Assembly: GCA_002269645.1 (NCBI GenBank)
Contig: NIVC01000349.1
Location: forward strand, 496,001-560,000
Direction: 5' to 3'
DNA length: 64,000 nt
Origin: Macrostomum lignano
Lineage: Eukaryota
Part shown: positions 24,001 through 39,400 of the stretch, piece after piece
Layout of the letters: each line of letters begins with the position of its first letter
How positions within the stretch are numbered: position 1 is the stretch's first letter
Position numbers and translations under genes: made by a program
The notes under the pieces: model-generated
Told to the model about the DNA's origin: nothing
The model's database searches: none
The model's input: only the letters and a program-made list of their open reading frames with translations

Positions 24001-26555
24001 CACCAACGCTGACGTGTAACTACTAGATTTTACAATTTGAAATGCAATTATAAGTATATGCAAGCTGTATTCGAAACTTTACAACCTTTTATAACCAGTT
24101 TACAATATCGACATTGATTTCACATGACAGTAACAATAATTTGGCAATTATCGCACTGGCGAACTGGGTTACTCACACGTCCGATTCTGTGGAGAACACT
24201 CGAGAACGCAGGCACTCGGGAGCCAGCCACTTCACCGGCAGCTTGCCCTGCAAGGTGAAATTTGATGATTGACAGGTTGATGGCTGCTTCTCACATCAGT
24301 TTGTCACCAACTGGCCTCTCTCCCCTCCTGTTAACCCTCTCTCTCCCCTCCTGTTAACCCTCTCTCTCCCCTCCTGTTAACCCTCTCTCTCCCCTCCTGT
24401 TAACCCTCTCTCTCCCCTCCTGTTAACCCTCTCTCTCCCCTCCTGTTAACCCTCTCTCTCCCCTCCTGTTAACCCTCTCTCTCCCCTCCTGTTAACCCTC
24501 TCTCCCCTCCTGTTAACCCTCTCTCTCCCCTCCTGTTAACCCTCTCTCCCCTTCCTGTTAACCCTCTCTCTCCCCTCCTGTTAACCCTCTCTCTCCCCTC
24601 CTGTTAACCCTCTCTCTCCCCTCCTGTACACCCTCTCTCCCCCCTCCTGTTAACCCCTTTCCCCCCTCCTGTTAACCCTCTCTCTCCCCTCCTGTACACC
24701 CTCTCTCTCCCCTCCTGTACACCCTCTCTCTCCCCTCCTGTTAACCCTCTCTCTCTCCCCTCCTGTTTACCCTCTCTCTCTCCCCTCCTGTTTACCCTCT
24801 CTCTCTCCCCTCCTGTTAACCCTCTCTCCCCTCCTGTTAACATTCTCTCCCCTCCTGTTAACCATCTCTCCCCTCTTCTGTTACCCTCTCTCTTCCCTCT
24901 CCTGCTACCCTCTCTCCCATCTTCTATTTACCCCCTCTCTACCCTCTCCTGTTACCCTCTCCCCTCCTATCTACCCTCTCTTCCATATCCATCTCCCCAC
25001 ATCCCCCAATACTAGTTAGAATTGGCTTACTAAAAGCAGAAATTTTTTAACTTAGTTCAAGAAAAAAAAGGGCTGTACAGTACTTCCTACATGCCTTACT
25101 AGACCCCCATTCCCTATCAGACTGACCTTGATTCACCTCTATGTCCCCAGCAGGGGAGTCGCTTATACCAGACAAAGAGGAGAGGCACAGAAGCGATTTA
25201 ATAAAACAAAGACAAAGTCAAGGCCTCGCTTAGGGCACGCAACAAACCCAGAACTAAAGAATTATGATGGTGAGGCTTGTCCTGGTGCAGGCACCGGGGG
25301 TATTACTCTATATCAGGGGACCCTGGGGATGGCGGGAGAGCCCCGAAATCGCGGACGCAACAAAGAGCTCCCCAAGGGTTGAATAAGAAGCTGAATTACG
25401 ATTGCAATTACAATGCAAAGATAGGCATCACATATTCTGCACTCGATTCACACTGGTTGCTGGATTGGAGAGAAGGTCATGAAACGCGTGATATTTAACT
25501 GCTGCAGTGGTCAAGTGATCTGTATATGCCTAGCTTGTGTCTACCTGTCCCATGTCTACCTGTCCCGTGTCTACCTGTCCTGTGTCTACCCGTCCTGTGT
25601 CTACCCGTCTCGTGTCTACTGTCCCGTGTCTACTGTCCCGTGTCTACCTGTCTCTTGTCTACCTGTCCTGTGTCTACCTGTCCCGTGTCTACCTGTCTCA
25701 TGTCTACCCGTCCTGTGTCTACCTGTCCCGTGTCTACCTGTCCCGCGTCTACCTGTTCTGTGTCTACCCGTCCTGTGTCTACCTGTCCCGTGTCTACCTG
25801 TCCTGTGTCTACCTGTCTCGTGTCTACTGTCCCGTGTCTACCTGTCTCCCGTGTCTACCCGTCCCGTGTCTACCTTTGTCTACCTGTCTCTTGTCTACCT
25901 GTCTCGTGTCTACCTGTTCTGTGTCTACCCGTCCCGTGTCTACCTGTCTCTTGTCTACCTGTCCCTTGTCTACCTGTCTCTTGTCTACCTGTCTCCCGTG
26001 TCTACCTGTCTCCCGTGTCTACCTGTCTCTTGTCTACCTGTCTCCCGTATCTACCTGTCTCGTATCTACCTGTCTCTTATCTACCAGTCTCTTCCTTGTC
26101 TACCTGTCTACCTGTGTGTACCTGTCTGGTGTCTACTTGTCTCGCATTTATCTGTCTCGTGTCTAATTGTCCATTGTCTACCCCAATCTCTCTGTCTACC
26201 CCAATTTTCTACCTGTTTGTCATGTGTCAACCTATCTGTTTCTACTCAGCCATCTTTTACAATCCACTCGGCCCCGCTCACCTCATTGATGACCCGGTAG
26301 TAGTCCTTGTCTTGTACGTTGCGCGTCAGTCCAAAGTCGGCCACCTTAGCAACCAGACTGCCATCGTTATTGTCGCCATTGGCAACCAGGATGTTGCGAG
26401 CGGCCACGTCTCTGTGGACAATCTGGGGGATTGAGGCGGAGAGATGCGGTCTGACACACAGACAGGCAGACAGACAGACAGACAGATAGACACAGACAGA
26501 CAGGCAGACAGACAGACAGATAGACACAGACAGGCAGACAGACGGACAGACAGAC

Positions 26556-26604
<49 letters not shown>

Positions 26605-26631
26605 GACAGACAGACAGACAGACAGACAGGC

Positions 26632-26668
<37 letters not shown>

Positions 26669-26695
26669 GTCAGACAGACAGACAGACAGACAGGC

Positions 26696-26732
<37 letters not shown>

Positions 26733-26735
26733 GGC

Positions 26736-26796
<61 letters not shown>

Positions 26797-26799
26797 GGC

Positions 26800-26840
<41 letters not shown>

Positions 26841-26867
26841 GTCAGACAGACAGACAGACAGACAGGC

Positions 26868-26959
<92 letters not shown>

Positions 26960-29900
26960 GGGCCCTTTCACCATCTATCAACCATCAAGAGTCAGCAACA
27001 CACAGCAATGCCACCCACCCAAGAGATGCGCAGAAGCAGAACTAAGAAAAACAGTGCATAAATACAAGCAATAAAAATTATAGGTCCTACTACGCAGCAT
27101 GCAGCAGACGCGCATTGTTTTACAATGACAAAATACAATGTAGAGATCCATTTCAACTTGTTGCCACTCTCTTCAGGAGACCCACAGTCAGCCACTCAGT
27201 CACCCAAAAGCAGATGACAGGCAGACAGACAGGCTGGCACTAGAGGCATGAATCCTAGTATGCATCACGCTCCACAATGGGGTCGAATAGAATCAGCATC
27301 AAGGCACGATCCCCATGCGACCTCTGTGGATCCAGGGCCTCGCATTCCCAAACCTAATGGGTGGGCCTGACTTACTGGCTTGGGGATATTTAAGATTAAG
27401 ACAACTGGCGAAAAGTTCCTGGGGGTTCAGAAGTTGAAGGGACCTGTTTCCAGTGGGAGAATTTTTCAAGAATTCGAATTTAAAACATTTAAGTTAAAAA
27501 AATAATTTTGAAATTTTCAAGTTTGAAGACGCTGAAATATCTTAGAGATTTCCGTAGAGATCTCAGAGATTTCCGTAGAGATCTTAGAGAGATTTTGGTA
27601 GAGATCTCAGAGAGATTTCCCTAGAGGTGTCAGAGAGATTTCGGTAGAGATACCAGAGAGATTCCCGTAGAGATCTCAGAAAAATTTCCGTAGAGATCTC
27701 AGAGAGATTTCCGTAGAGATCTTAGAGAGATTTCCGTAGAGATCTCAGAGAGATTTCCGTAGAGATCTTAGAGAGATTTCCGTAGAGATCTCAGATATTT
27801 CCGTAGAGATAGGGGTCAGGGGCAGCCAGTTGTTTTACCCACCTTGATGCTGGCCATGAAGTCCAGAGCGCTGGCCACGTCAGTCGCGAACTGCAGCAGC
27901 AGCTGGCCGGATACACAGGGCAGGTACTGCATCTGCTTCGTGCCCGGGTGCAGGTTGTGGTACTGGAGCGCCACCCGGTCCGACAGGCACCGGTATTTCA
28001 AAAAGTCGCGCAGATTTCCGTGATGGGCCAGCTCCACTAGGAGCAGAAATGGGCCTGCGGGTTGGATGGGGAGCTGAATTTAGGGGGCGATTCTTCTGGG
28101 GAATTCTGGGGTGGCGATTCTTCTGGGGAATTCTGGGGTGGCGATTCTTCTGGGGAATTCTGGGGGGCGATTCTTCTGGGGAATTCTGGGGTGGCGATTC
28201 TTCTGGGGAATTCTGGGGGGCGATTCTTCTGGGGAATTCTGGCCCTGGGGAGCAATTTTTCTGGGGAATTCTGGGGTGGTGATTCTTCTGGGGAATTCTG
28301 GGGTGGCGATTCTTCTGGGGAATTCTGGGGTGGCGATTCTTCTGGGGAATTCTGGGGGGCGATTCTTCTGGGGAATTCTGGGGTGGCGATTCTTCTGGGG
28401 AATTCTGGGGGGCGATTCTTCTGGGGAATTCTGGCCCTGGGGAGCAATTTTTCTGGGGAATTCTGGGGTGGTGATTCTTCTGGGGAATTCGGGGGCGGGC
28501 GATTCATCTGGGGAATTCTGAGGTGGCGATTCTTCTGGGGAATTCTGGGGTGGCGATTCTTCTGGGGAATTCTGGGGTGGCGATTCTTCTGGGGAATTCT
28601 GGGGGCGATTCTTCTGGGGAATTCTGGGTGGCGATTCTTCTGGGGAATTCTGAGGGCAATTCTTTTAGGGAATTCTGGGGTGGCAATTCTTCTGGGGAAT
28701 TCTGAGGGCAATTCTTTTAGGGAATTCTGGGGTGGAGATTCTTCTGGGGAATTCTGGGGGCGATTCTTCTGTGAAATTCTGGATGGCGATTCTTCTGGGG
28801 AGGGGGGGTTAAAGCAGGATTTTTGCTAAAAAAACTTATTGAGTGTTCATAAATAAGGAAAATACAGTATAAGTCTTTAATGGATCGTTCGCATATTTCG
28901 CACATTAAAGCATCACAACACGCCATCAGCCATACCGCTACAGAATCCAGTCCAACACCAAGTAATGTCTTATCACCTACACCTATTTTTTGCAGTCCCA
29001 GAATCAGGTCTTGCTGACTGGGCTAACGAGTCTGGCTTGAACTAAACAAGGTCTCATGACAAAAAATGCACCGAAAATCTGGGTAGGGTTGGTGCTTCAC
29101 GATAGGAAGGTATCAGAATACAAGTCTTTGTTTATTCGTTCCTGTTAATACCTTTGGTGGAAGCATATCAAGAGATCGTTAGGATATATAAGTTTACAGA
29201 AAGGAACATATCAAATGATTGATGTTGATACGGTGAAGCTGGACCAACAGTTCCTCTTTGTGTTTTTTTCCCACCCAAGTCTTTGTCCCTCAGCGGAACA
29301 ACACAGAGTCAAATGCTGACTTGGACTGAATAGTACTTCTGTAAAGTGAAACAACAAAGACTTGATTTAACTGCGACCTGTTGCACAGACAGACGGAAGC
29401 AAATGAAACTTTCCCAGGTGATGAAGACAGCAGATAACAGATAGAAATAGCAATTTCCGCTATACAGCATCTCGCTACGCTTCTGGAGTTACGGAGTCAG
29501 CTGACGACTTCGGGGGGGGGGGAGCTTTGATTCTGACTTATTGCTGCTCTTGCAGCTTCCTGCACCTGGAGTGAACTTTCCTTTTTTGTTCACTGCATGC
29601 TTTTCCACTTTTCAGTCTGTTATGCTCGAACATTTTGTTAAACAATCTCACTTTCATCTTCATTCACTCTCACCTCCATTCACTCTCACCGGCATTCACG
29701 CTCACCTCCATTCACTCTCACCGTCATTCACGCTCACCTACATTCACTCTCACCTCCATTCACTCTCACCGTCATTCACGCTCACCTACATTCACTCTCA
29801 CCTCCATTCACTCTCACCTACATTCACACTCACCGTCATTCACGCTCACTTACATTCACTCTCACCTACATTCACTCTCACCGTCATTCACGCTCACTTC

Positions 29901-32900
29901 CATTCACTCTCACCTCCATTCACTCTCACCTCCATTAAATCTCACCTCCATTCACTCTCACTTCTATTCACTCTCACCTCCATTCACTCTCACCGGCATT
30001 CACGCTCACCTCCATTCACTCTCACCGTCATTCACGCTCACCTACATTCACTCTCACCCTCATTCACGCTCACCTACATTCACTCTCACCGTCATTCACT
30101 CTTACCGTCATTCACGCTCACCTACATTCACTCTCACCTACATTCACACTCACCGTCATTCACTCTCACCTACATTCACTCTCACCGTCAATCACGGTCA
30201 CTTCCATTCACTATCAACTTCATTCACTCTCACTTCCATTCACTCTCACCTACATTCACTCTCACCGGCATTCACGCTCACCTTCATTCACTCTCACCGT
30301 CATTCACGCTCACCTACATTCACTCTCACCCTCATTCACGCTCACCTACATTCACACTCACCGTCATTCACGCTCACCTACATTCACTCTCACCTCCATT
30401 CACTCTCACCTACATTCACACACCGTCATTTACGCTCACCTACATTCACTCTCACCTACATTCACTCTCACCGTCATTCACGCTCACCTACATTCACTCT
30501 CACCTACATTCACTCTCACCGTCATTCACGCTCACCTACATTCACTCTCACCGTCATTCACGCTCACCTACATTCACTCTCACCTCCATTCACTCTCACC
30601 AACATTCACACTCACCGTCATTTACGCTCACCTACATTCACGCTCACCTACATTCACTCTCACCCTCATTCACGCTCACCTACATTCACTCTCACCGTCA
30701 TTCACGCTCACCTACATTCACTCTCACCTCCATTCACTCTCACCAACATTCACACTCACCGTCATTCACGCTCACCTACATTCACTCTCACCTACATTCA
30801 CTCTCACCGTCATTCACGCTCACTTCCATTCACTCTCACCTCCATTTACTCTCACCTCCATTCACTCTCACCTCCATTCAGTCTCATATTGAATCTTTCA
30901 CTCTCATCACAACTCAAAACAAAATTTAAGCAGCAGAAATGAAACCCCAGTCGTGATCTCAACCCAACTCACCATTCCTGGTGCTGATGCCAACCAGTTT
31001 GATGATGTTGGGATGCGGATTCCGACTCATCAGCTTCATAATCTCCATCTCTTTGAACAGGGCGACCAGTTCCTCTTCGCTGTAATTGCCTGGGGTGCGC
31101 AGAGATTTGATAGAAGTAATAAATCATAAAAATTGTTTGATTGATTTTTAGATGCTCCATTTAGGATCGGGGAACACAGATCCCCAACTGGGATTCAGAG
31201 AACACACAGATCCCCAACTGGGATTCAGAGAACACACAGATCCCCAACTGGGATTCAGAGAACACAGATCCCCAACTGGGATTCAGAGAACACACAGAGA
31301 TACCCAACTGGGATTCAGAGAACACAGATCCCCAACTGGGATTCAGAGAACACACAGATCCCCAACTGGGATTCAGAGAACACACAGAGATACCCAACTG
31401 GGATTCAGAGAACACAGATCCCCAACTGGGATTCAGAGAACACACAGATCCCCAACTGGGATTCAGAGAACACAGATCCCCAACTGGGATTCAGAGAACA
31501 CACAGATCCCCAACTGGGATTCAGAGAACACACAGATCCCCAACTGGGATTCAGAGAACACACAGATCCCCAACTGGGATTCAGAGAACACACAGATCCC
31601 AACTGGGATTCAGAGAACACACAGAGATACCCAACTGGGATTCAGAGAACACAGATCCCCAACTGGGATTCAGAGAACACAGATCCCCAACTGGGATTCA
31701 GAGAACACACAGATCCCCAACTGGGATTCAGAGAACACACAGATCCCCAACTGGGATTCAGAGAACACAGATCCCCAAATGGGATTTAGAGAACAGTTTC
31801 CCACACAGATCCCCAAATGGGATTTAGAGAACAGTTTCCCACACAGATCCCCAACTGGGATTCAGAGAACACACAGATCCCCAACAGGGATTCAGAGAAC
31901 ACACAGAGATCCCCAACTGGGATTCAGAGAACACACAGATCCCAACTGGGATTCAGAGAACACACAGAGATACCCAACTGGGATTCAGAGAACACAGATC
32001 CCCAACTGGGATTCAGAGAACACACAGATCCCTAACTGGGATTCAGAGAACACACAGATCGCCAACTGGGATTCAGAGAACACACAGATCCCCAACTAGG
32101 ATTCAGAGAACACACAGATCCCCAACTGGGATTCAGAGAACACAGATCCCCAACTGGGATTCAGAGAACACACAGAGATACCCAACTGGGATTCAGAGAA
32201 CACAGATCCCCAACTGGGATTCAGAGAACACACAGATCCCCAACTGGGATTCAGAGAACACAGATCCCCAACTGGGATTCAGAGAACACACAGATCCCCA
32301 ACTGGGATTCAGAGAACACACAGATCCCCAACTGGGATTCAGAGAACACAGATCCCCAAATGGGATTTAGAGAACAGTTTCCCACACAGATCCCCAAATG
32401 GGATTTAGAGAACAGTTTCCCACACAGATCCCCAACTGGGATTCAGAGAACACACAGATCCCCAACAGGGATTCAGAGAACACACAGAGATCCCCAACTG
32501 GGATTCAGAGAACACACAGATCCCAACTGGGATTCAGAGAACACACAGATCCCAACTGGGATTCAGAGAACACACAGATCCCCAACTGGGATTCAGAGAA
32601 CACAGATCCCCAACTGGGATTCAGAGAACAGTTTCCCACACAGATCCCCATTTGGGATCGGGGAGCACGGATCCTCATTATATAATCCCCATCGAGTCGT
32701 TCCTTCCTCAACTCACGCTTGAGCATTTTCACGGCGACATCCTTTGGTTTGTTGCCAACGAGCAACTGCCCGGAGTGCACGCTGCCGAAGGCACCTTCGC
32801 CAAGCAGTCGAAACATCTGCACCCTGAGTGTTGTTGGTTTTGTTAGAGAAATGGGGTGAAAATGGAGACTGTTGGTTGTTTTTGAAAATTCAGCTTATTG

Positions 32901-35900
32901 TCACTCCGATAGATTCTATTGATCAAATTGTCACTCCGACAGATTTTATTGATAAAATTGTCACTCCGATAGATGTCATTGATCAAATTGTCACTCCGAA
33001 AGAGTCATTGATCAAATTGTCACTCCGATAGATTTTATTGATAAAATTGTCACTCCGATAGAGTCATTGATCAAATTGTCACTCCGATAGATTTTATTGA
33101 TAAAATTGTCACTCCGATAGATGTCATTGATAAAATTGTCACTCCGATAGATGTCATTGATAAAATTGTCTCTCCGATAGATTTTATTGATAAAATTGTC
33201 ACTCCAATAGATGTCATTGATAAAATTGTCACTCCAATAGATGTCATTGATAAAATTGTCACTCTGATAGATGTCATTGATAAAATTGTCACTCCGATAG
33301 ATGTCATTGATAAAATTGTCACTCCGATAGATGTCATTGATAAAATTGTCACTCCGATAGATTTTATTGAAAAAATTGTCACTCCGATAAATTTTATTGA
33401 TAAAATTGTCACTCCGATAGATTTTACTGATAAAACTGTCACTCTGATAGATTTTACTGATAAAACTGTCACTCTGATAGAACTTGTTTAATTAAATTTT
33501 CACTCACCGTTTCCGGTCCACCTCCAGCACGGGACAGCTGGGAATGACATAACGAACCTCCCTATTGATTTTTGTACTTGTTGAACCCTCGCCCTCATCA
33601 TCCTGCCCAGCCCGTCGGGATCCGAAGCCCCACATGGATCTGGACGCTCCGATGCGCTCCACCCGAACCTCCGGCACCAGCAGCTGGGCTGTGTCAGACG
33701 CAGTCACGGTGGAAGCCTGGCTGGTGGACGCGGTGTTCTGCCGCTGGCGCTGGTCGGCGCCGCCTGCAGTCATGTACAGCTCGCTGTTGTCGACGCAGAC
33801 CAGGCGCTTCTTGATCGGAGCTGTGCGGCGCTTAGCAAAATAGTAGATGAAGATCAGGGCGCCGATGATGAGGGAGGCTGCGAGGCCGGCCGCGGCGGAG
33901 TACACAATGATCTGGAGACGGGCCGCATCTGCAGGGGGTCGGGGAGGGGGGAGATTGCCGATATTCTTCTGGGGAATTCTAGGGGCGATTCTTTAGGGAA
34001 TTCTGGGGGCGATTCTTTAGGGGAATTCTGGGGGCGATTCTTTAGGGGAATTCTGGGGGCGATTCTTTAGGGGAATTCTGGGGGCGATTCTTTAGGGGAA
34101 TTTTGGGGGCGATTCTTTAGTGGAATTCTGGGGGCGATTCTTTAGGGGAATTCTGGGGGCGATTCTTTAGGGGAATTCTAGGGGCGATTCTTTAGGGGAA
34201 TTCTGGGGGCGATTCTTTAGGGGAATTCTGGGGGCGATTCTTTAGGGGAATTCTGGGGCGATTCTTTAGGGGAATTCTGGGGGCGATTCTTTAGGGGAAT
34301 TCTGGGGCGATTCTTTAGGGAATTCTGGGGCGATTCTTTAGGGAATTCTGGGGGCGATTCTTTAGGGGAATTTTGGGGCGATTCTTTAGGGGATTCTGGG
34401 GGCGATTCTTTAGGGGAATTCTAGGGGCGATTCTTTAGGGGAATTCTGGGGCGATTCTTTAGGGAATTCTGGGGGCGATTCTTTAGGGGAATTCTGGGGC
34501 GATTCTTTAGGGGAATTCTAGGGGCGATTCTTTAGGGAATTCTGGGGGCGATTCTTTAGGGGAATTCTAGGGGCGATTCTTTAGGGGAATTCTGGGGGCG
34601 ATTCTTTAGGGGAATTCTGGGGCGATTCTTTAGGGAATTCTGGGGGCGATTCTTTAGGGGAATTCTGGGGGCGATTCTTTAGGGGAATTCTGGGGCGATT
34701 CTTTAGGGAATTCTGGGGCGATTCTTTAGGGAATTCTGGGGGCGATTCTTTAGGGGAATTCTGGGGCGATTCTTTAGGGAATTCTGGGGGCGATTCTTTA
34801 GGGGAATTCTGGGGCGATTCTTTAGGGAATTCTGGGAGCGATTCTTTAGGGAAATTCTGGGGGCGATTCTTTAGGGAAATTCTGGGGGCGATTCTTTAGG
34901 GAATTCTGGGGCGATTCTTTAGGGAAATTCTGGGGGCGATTCTTTAGGGGGAATTCTGGGGCGATTCTTTAGGGGAATTCTGCGGGCGATTCTTTAGGGA
35001 ATTCTGGGGCGATTCTTTAGGGGAATTCTGCGGGCGATTCTTTAGGGGAATTCTGGGGGCGATTCTTCTGGGGTATTCTGGGAGGCGGTAATTTTTCTGT
35101 GAATTCAGGGGAATCTGAGGGATTCAGGGGAATCTGAGGGATTCAGGGGAATCTGAGGGATTCAGTGGAATCTGAGGGACTCAAGGGAATCTGTGGATTC
35201 TCAACGATTCCCAACGATTCTCAGCGATTCCCAACGATTCTCAACGATTCCCAACGATTCTCAACGATTCCCAACGATTCTCAACGATTCTTAACGATTC
35301 CCAACGATTCCCAACGATTCCCAACGATTCTCAACGATTCTCAACGATTCCCAACGATTCTCAACGATTCCCAATGATTCTCAACGATTCCCAACGATTC
35401 TCAACGATTCCCAATGATTCCCAACGATTCCCAACGATTCTCAACGATTCCCAATGATTCTCAACGATTCCCAACGATTCTCAACGATTCCCAACGCTGG
35501 GGGCGATTCTTCTGGGGTATTCTGGGGAATCTGGGGGATTCAGGGGAATCTCTGGGGGATTCAGGGGAATCTGGGGGATTCACGGGAAATCTGGGGGATT
35601 CAGGGGAATCTGGGGGATTCACGGGAAATCTGGGGGATTCAGGGGAATCTGGGGGATTCAGGGGAATCTGGGGGATTCAGGGGAATCTGGGGGATTCAGG
35701 GGAAATCTGGAGGATTCAAGATTCACGCAGAGCCTTCTACTCACCAGCCACAGCGCTCAGTCTCGAAGCCGCCTCCCCGACTACGCAGTCTGGAATCACG
35801 TCGAGATGAAAATATTTGAGCGCAGGTCTTCGAAAGCCTTTGGCTTCCGCGGCGCAGATATAGTAGCCGTCTTGATCTGCTGTCACGCTGTCCATCACCA

Positions 35901-36333
35901 GCTTGACTCGGATGTCTCGTGAGCCCACGGTCACCGATGCCGCCTTGCTGCTGTTGGACTCCAGCCCCTTCGGGTACCAGTACGCCAACAGGTGGTCGAC
36001 CTTGTTGTACTTCACAATTTCTCCAAAAGCGTCTAGCTGTGGCTCGTAGACTCTGGCGAGCACCACGGAGGCGGCGGCTGGTGACACCACGCAGTCCAGT
36101 TCCAGCCGGCCGCCAAGGCACACGGAGGAGTTCTTGGTGAAGTCCACGGCTGGCTCCAGCGGGCCCTGCGGCTTCGCTTTGAGTGACAGGTCGGCTGAGA
36201 AGCCCAGGCGGAACTGCTCTACCAGGGTGCTGTTTTGATAGCTCACCGAGCACCTGGGTGGCGGACAGGTGCATTGATCAGACAGACAGACAGACACAGA
36301 CAGACAGGCAGACAGACAGACAGACAGACAGAA

Positions 36334-36402
<69 letters not shown>

Positions 36403-36413
36403 GGCAGACAGAA

Positions 36414-36468
<55 letters not shown>

Positions 36469-39400
36469 AAGACAGACAGACAGACAGACAGACACACACA
36501 CACACAGAGACAGACAGACAGACATTCAGACAGAGACAGACAGAGACAGACAGAGACAGACAGACAGACAGACAGACAGGCAGACAGACATACACACACA
36601 CACACACACACACAGCTCACTCACCTGTAGTATCCATGAGACCTGTCGCTCACCCGCAGAGCGGACAGGCCCGCCCTGTAGCAGGTGGCCATCAGGCTGG
36701 ACTTCTGCCACTCATCACTCAGATAGGCGAAGCCGAAGTCCTCAGGTTTGCAGGCCACCTGCCGCGGGTCTTCAATTGAATAGCCATGGATGGAGCTCGG
36801 GCCCAAGGCAGTGAACTCGGTGGGCCGGATGCTCGGTCCGGGGTCGGGGCTGTGGGACCAGACAACCCGTGGAGCGCCAGCTAACGGAGTTCCGCGCCGG
36901 TGCGCCAAGATGAAGCGGCAGTCGAACGGATCAGCCTGCCGGTCGTCACGGAAGTGCAACTCAATCTCCGAGCCATCTCGCAGCCGCGACATGTACAGCC
37001 GGCCCTCCTGCAGCTGCCGGGGCTCGTCAGGCGGATAGTACGGCATGCTGTCGATGATTGCCGAGTGCGACTCCGGCGATACCCTCAGATTAATGAACTT
37101 CAACGATTTGGCCGGGTAGCAAGAGATGGGATCCTGCTGGTTGCCATGGCAACCCGGCCCAGGTGGGAAGATTTCGTTGTTACTGATTCGGCAGGTGTAG
37201 TTGCCGGCGTGATAGAATTGAACCCGAGTGAAGGCCAGGTGCCGTCCGCGGCGGTACAGGCGAAGGTGCGGGTGGGATCTGAAAGTTGGGATTTGGGATT
37301 TTAAGTGTGGAATGGGATCTGAAAGTTGGGATTTGGGATTTTAAGTGTGGAATGGGATCTGAAAGTTGGGATTTGGGAATTCAAGTGTGGAATGGGATCT
37401 GAAAGTTGGGATTTGGGAATTCAAGTGTGGGATTGGGAATTTCAAGTGTGGGATTTGGGATTTAAACTGTGGGATTAGAGATTTCAAGTGCGGGTGGGAT
37501 CTGAAAGTTGGAATTGGGGATTTCAAGTGTGGGATTGGGGATTTCAAGTGAGAGATTGGGGATTTCAAGTATGGAATTTGGATTTCAACTGTGGGATTAG
37601 AGATTTAAAGTGCGGGATGGGATCTGAAAGTTGGGATTTGGGATTCCAAGTGTGGGACTGGGGATTTCAAATGTGGGATTGGGGGATTTCAAGTGTGGGA
37701 TGGGATCTGAAAGTTGGGTGGGATCTAAATAACTCATTTAGAAAGCCGAATTCATCTAACCCGATTCCCACACTCACGGGCTGATGCCAGCCCGATCGAA
37801 CTGGATCGCCCGGCCGTCCTTGTACCACTGGACTCTGAACCGGCAGGGGGACCGCCTTGGCAACACCCGGACCGGGCATTCGATTATGATCTTGTTTGAT
37901 TCATTGCGCAGAGTGTAGCTTAGTGGGCTCCTGACGTGCTCTATGCTGGTGCACCAGTTATCCTCGTTGCGTTTCAGTTTGGGTTTCGACCTTTGACTGT
38001 GGCGAGCTTTGCTGCCAGCCGCGACCAAGCCAGCATCTTCCAGAACTGCTGCATCAAAATTGATAAATGACGTTATGCTAAATTGTTTTGAACATGAAAT
38101 TTTAGAAACATTTTTTACAATAATTAATGTCGCAATCCTTAAATTCATCGCACGATTTCTCTGGGGAATTCTGGGGGCGATTCTTCTAGGGAATTCTGGG
38201 GGGTGGCGATTTTCTAAGGGAATTCTGGGGTGGTGATTCTTCTAGGGAATTCTAGGCGCGATTCTTCTGGGGAATTCTGGGGGGTGGCGATTCTTCTGGG
38301 GAATTCTGGGGTGGTGATTCTTCTAGGGAATTTTGGGGGCGATTTTTCTGGGGAATTCTGGGGGGTGGCGATTCTTCTGGGGAATTCTAGGGGGGTGGCG
38401 ATTCTTCTCGGGAATTTTGGGTGCGATTTTTCTGGGGAATTCTGAATGGGGCGATTCTTCTGGGGAATTCTGGAGGGGGCGATTTTTCTTGGGAATTCGG
38501 CGGTGGTTATTCTTCTGGGGAAATCAATTTGGGAATTAGGGAATTCTGGATGGGGCGATTTTTCTGGGGAATTCTTGGGGCGATTCTTCTGGGGAATTCT
38601 GGGGGGCGATTCCTCTGGGGAATTCTGGGGGGGGCGATTTCTCTGGGGAATTCTGGGGGTGGCGATTCCTCTGGGGAATTGGCGATTTTCTGGGGAATTC
38701 TGGATGGGGCGATTCTTCTGGGGAATTCTGGATGGGGCGATTCTTCTGGGGAATTCTGGGGGGGCGATTCTTCTGGGGAATTCTTGGGGGCGATTCTTCT
38801 AGGGAATTCTGGATGGGGCGATTCTGGGGAATTCTGGAGGGGGCGATTTTTCTGGGGAATTCTGAATGGGGCGATTCTTCTGGGGAATTCTGGATGGGGC
38901 GATTCTGGGGAATTCTGGAGGGGGCGATTTTTCTTGGGAATTCTGCGGTGGTGATTCTTCTGGGGAAATCAATTTGGGAAGTAGGGAATTCTGGATGGGG
39001 CGATTTTTCTGGGGAATTCTGGGGGCGATCCTTCTGGGGAATTCTGGGGGGGGCGATTCCTCTGGGGAATTCTGGGGGGTGGCGATTCCTCTGGGGAATT
39101 CTGGGGGGTGGCGATTTCTCTGGGGAATTCTGGGGGTGGCGATTCCTCTGGGGAATTCTGGGGGGTGGCGATTCCTCTGGGGAATTCTGGGGGGTGGCAA
39201 TTCTCTGGGGAATTCTGGGGGGTGGCGATTTTCTGGGGAATTCTGGATGGGGCGATTCTTCTGGGGAATTCTGAAGGGGGTGATTTTTCAGGGTAATTAT
39301 GGATGGGGCGATTCTTCTGGGGAATTCTGGATGGGGTGATTTTTCTGGGGAATTCTTGGGGGCGATTCTTCTAGGGAATTCTGGATGGGGCGATTCTTCT

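Noticed and set aside
22340-29540. Unique intronic islands (22340-22680, 23820-24030, 25130-25500, 28930-29540) as retroelement fragments or extra exons
   Set aside because: No recognisable RT or endonuclease motifs, and the FGFR model is complete without them; a Dfam search would be needed.
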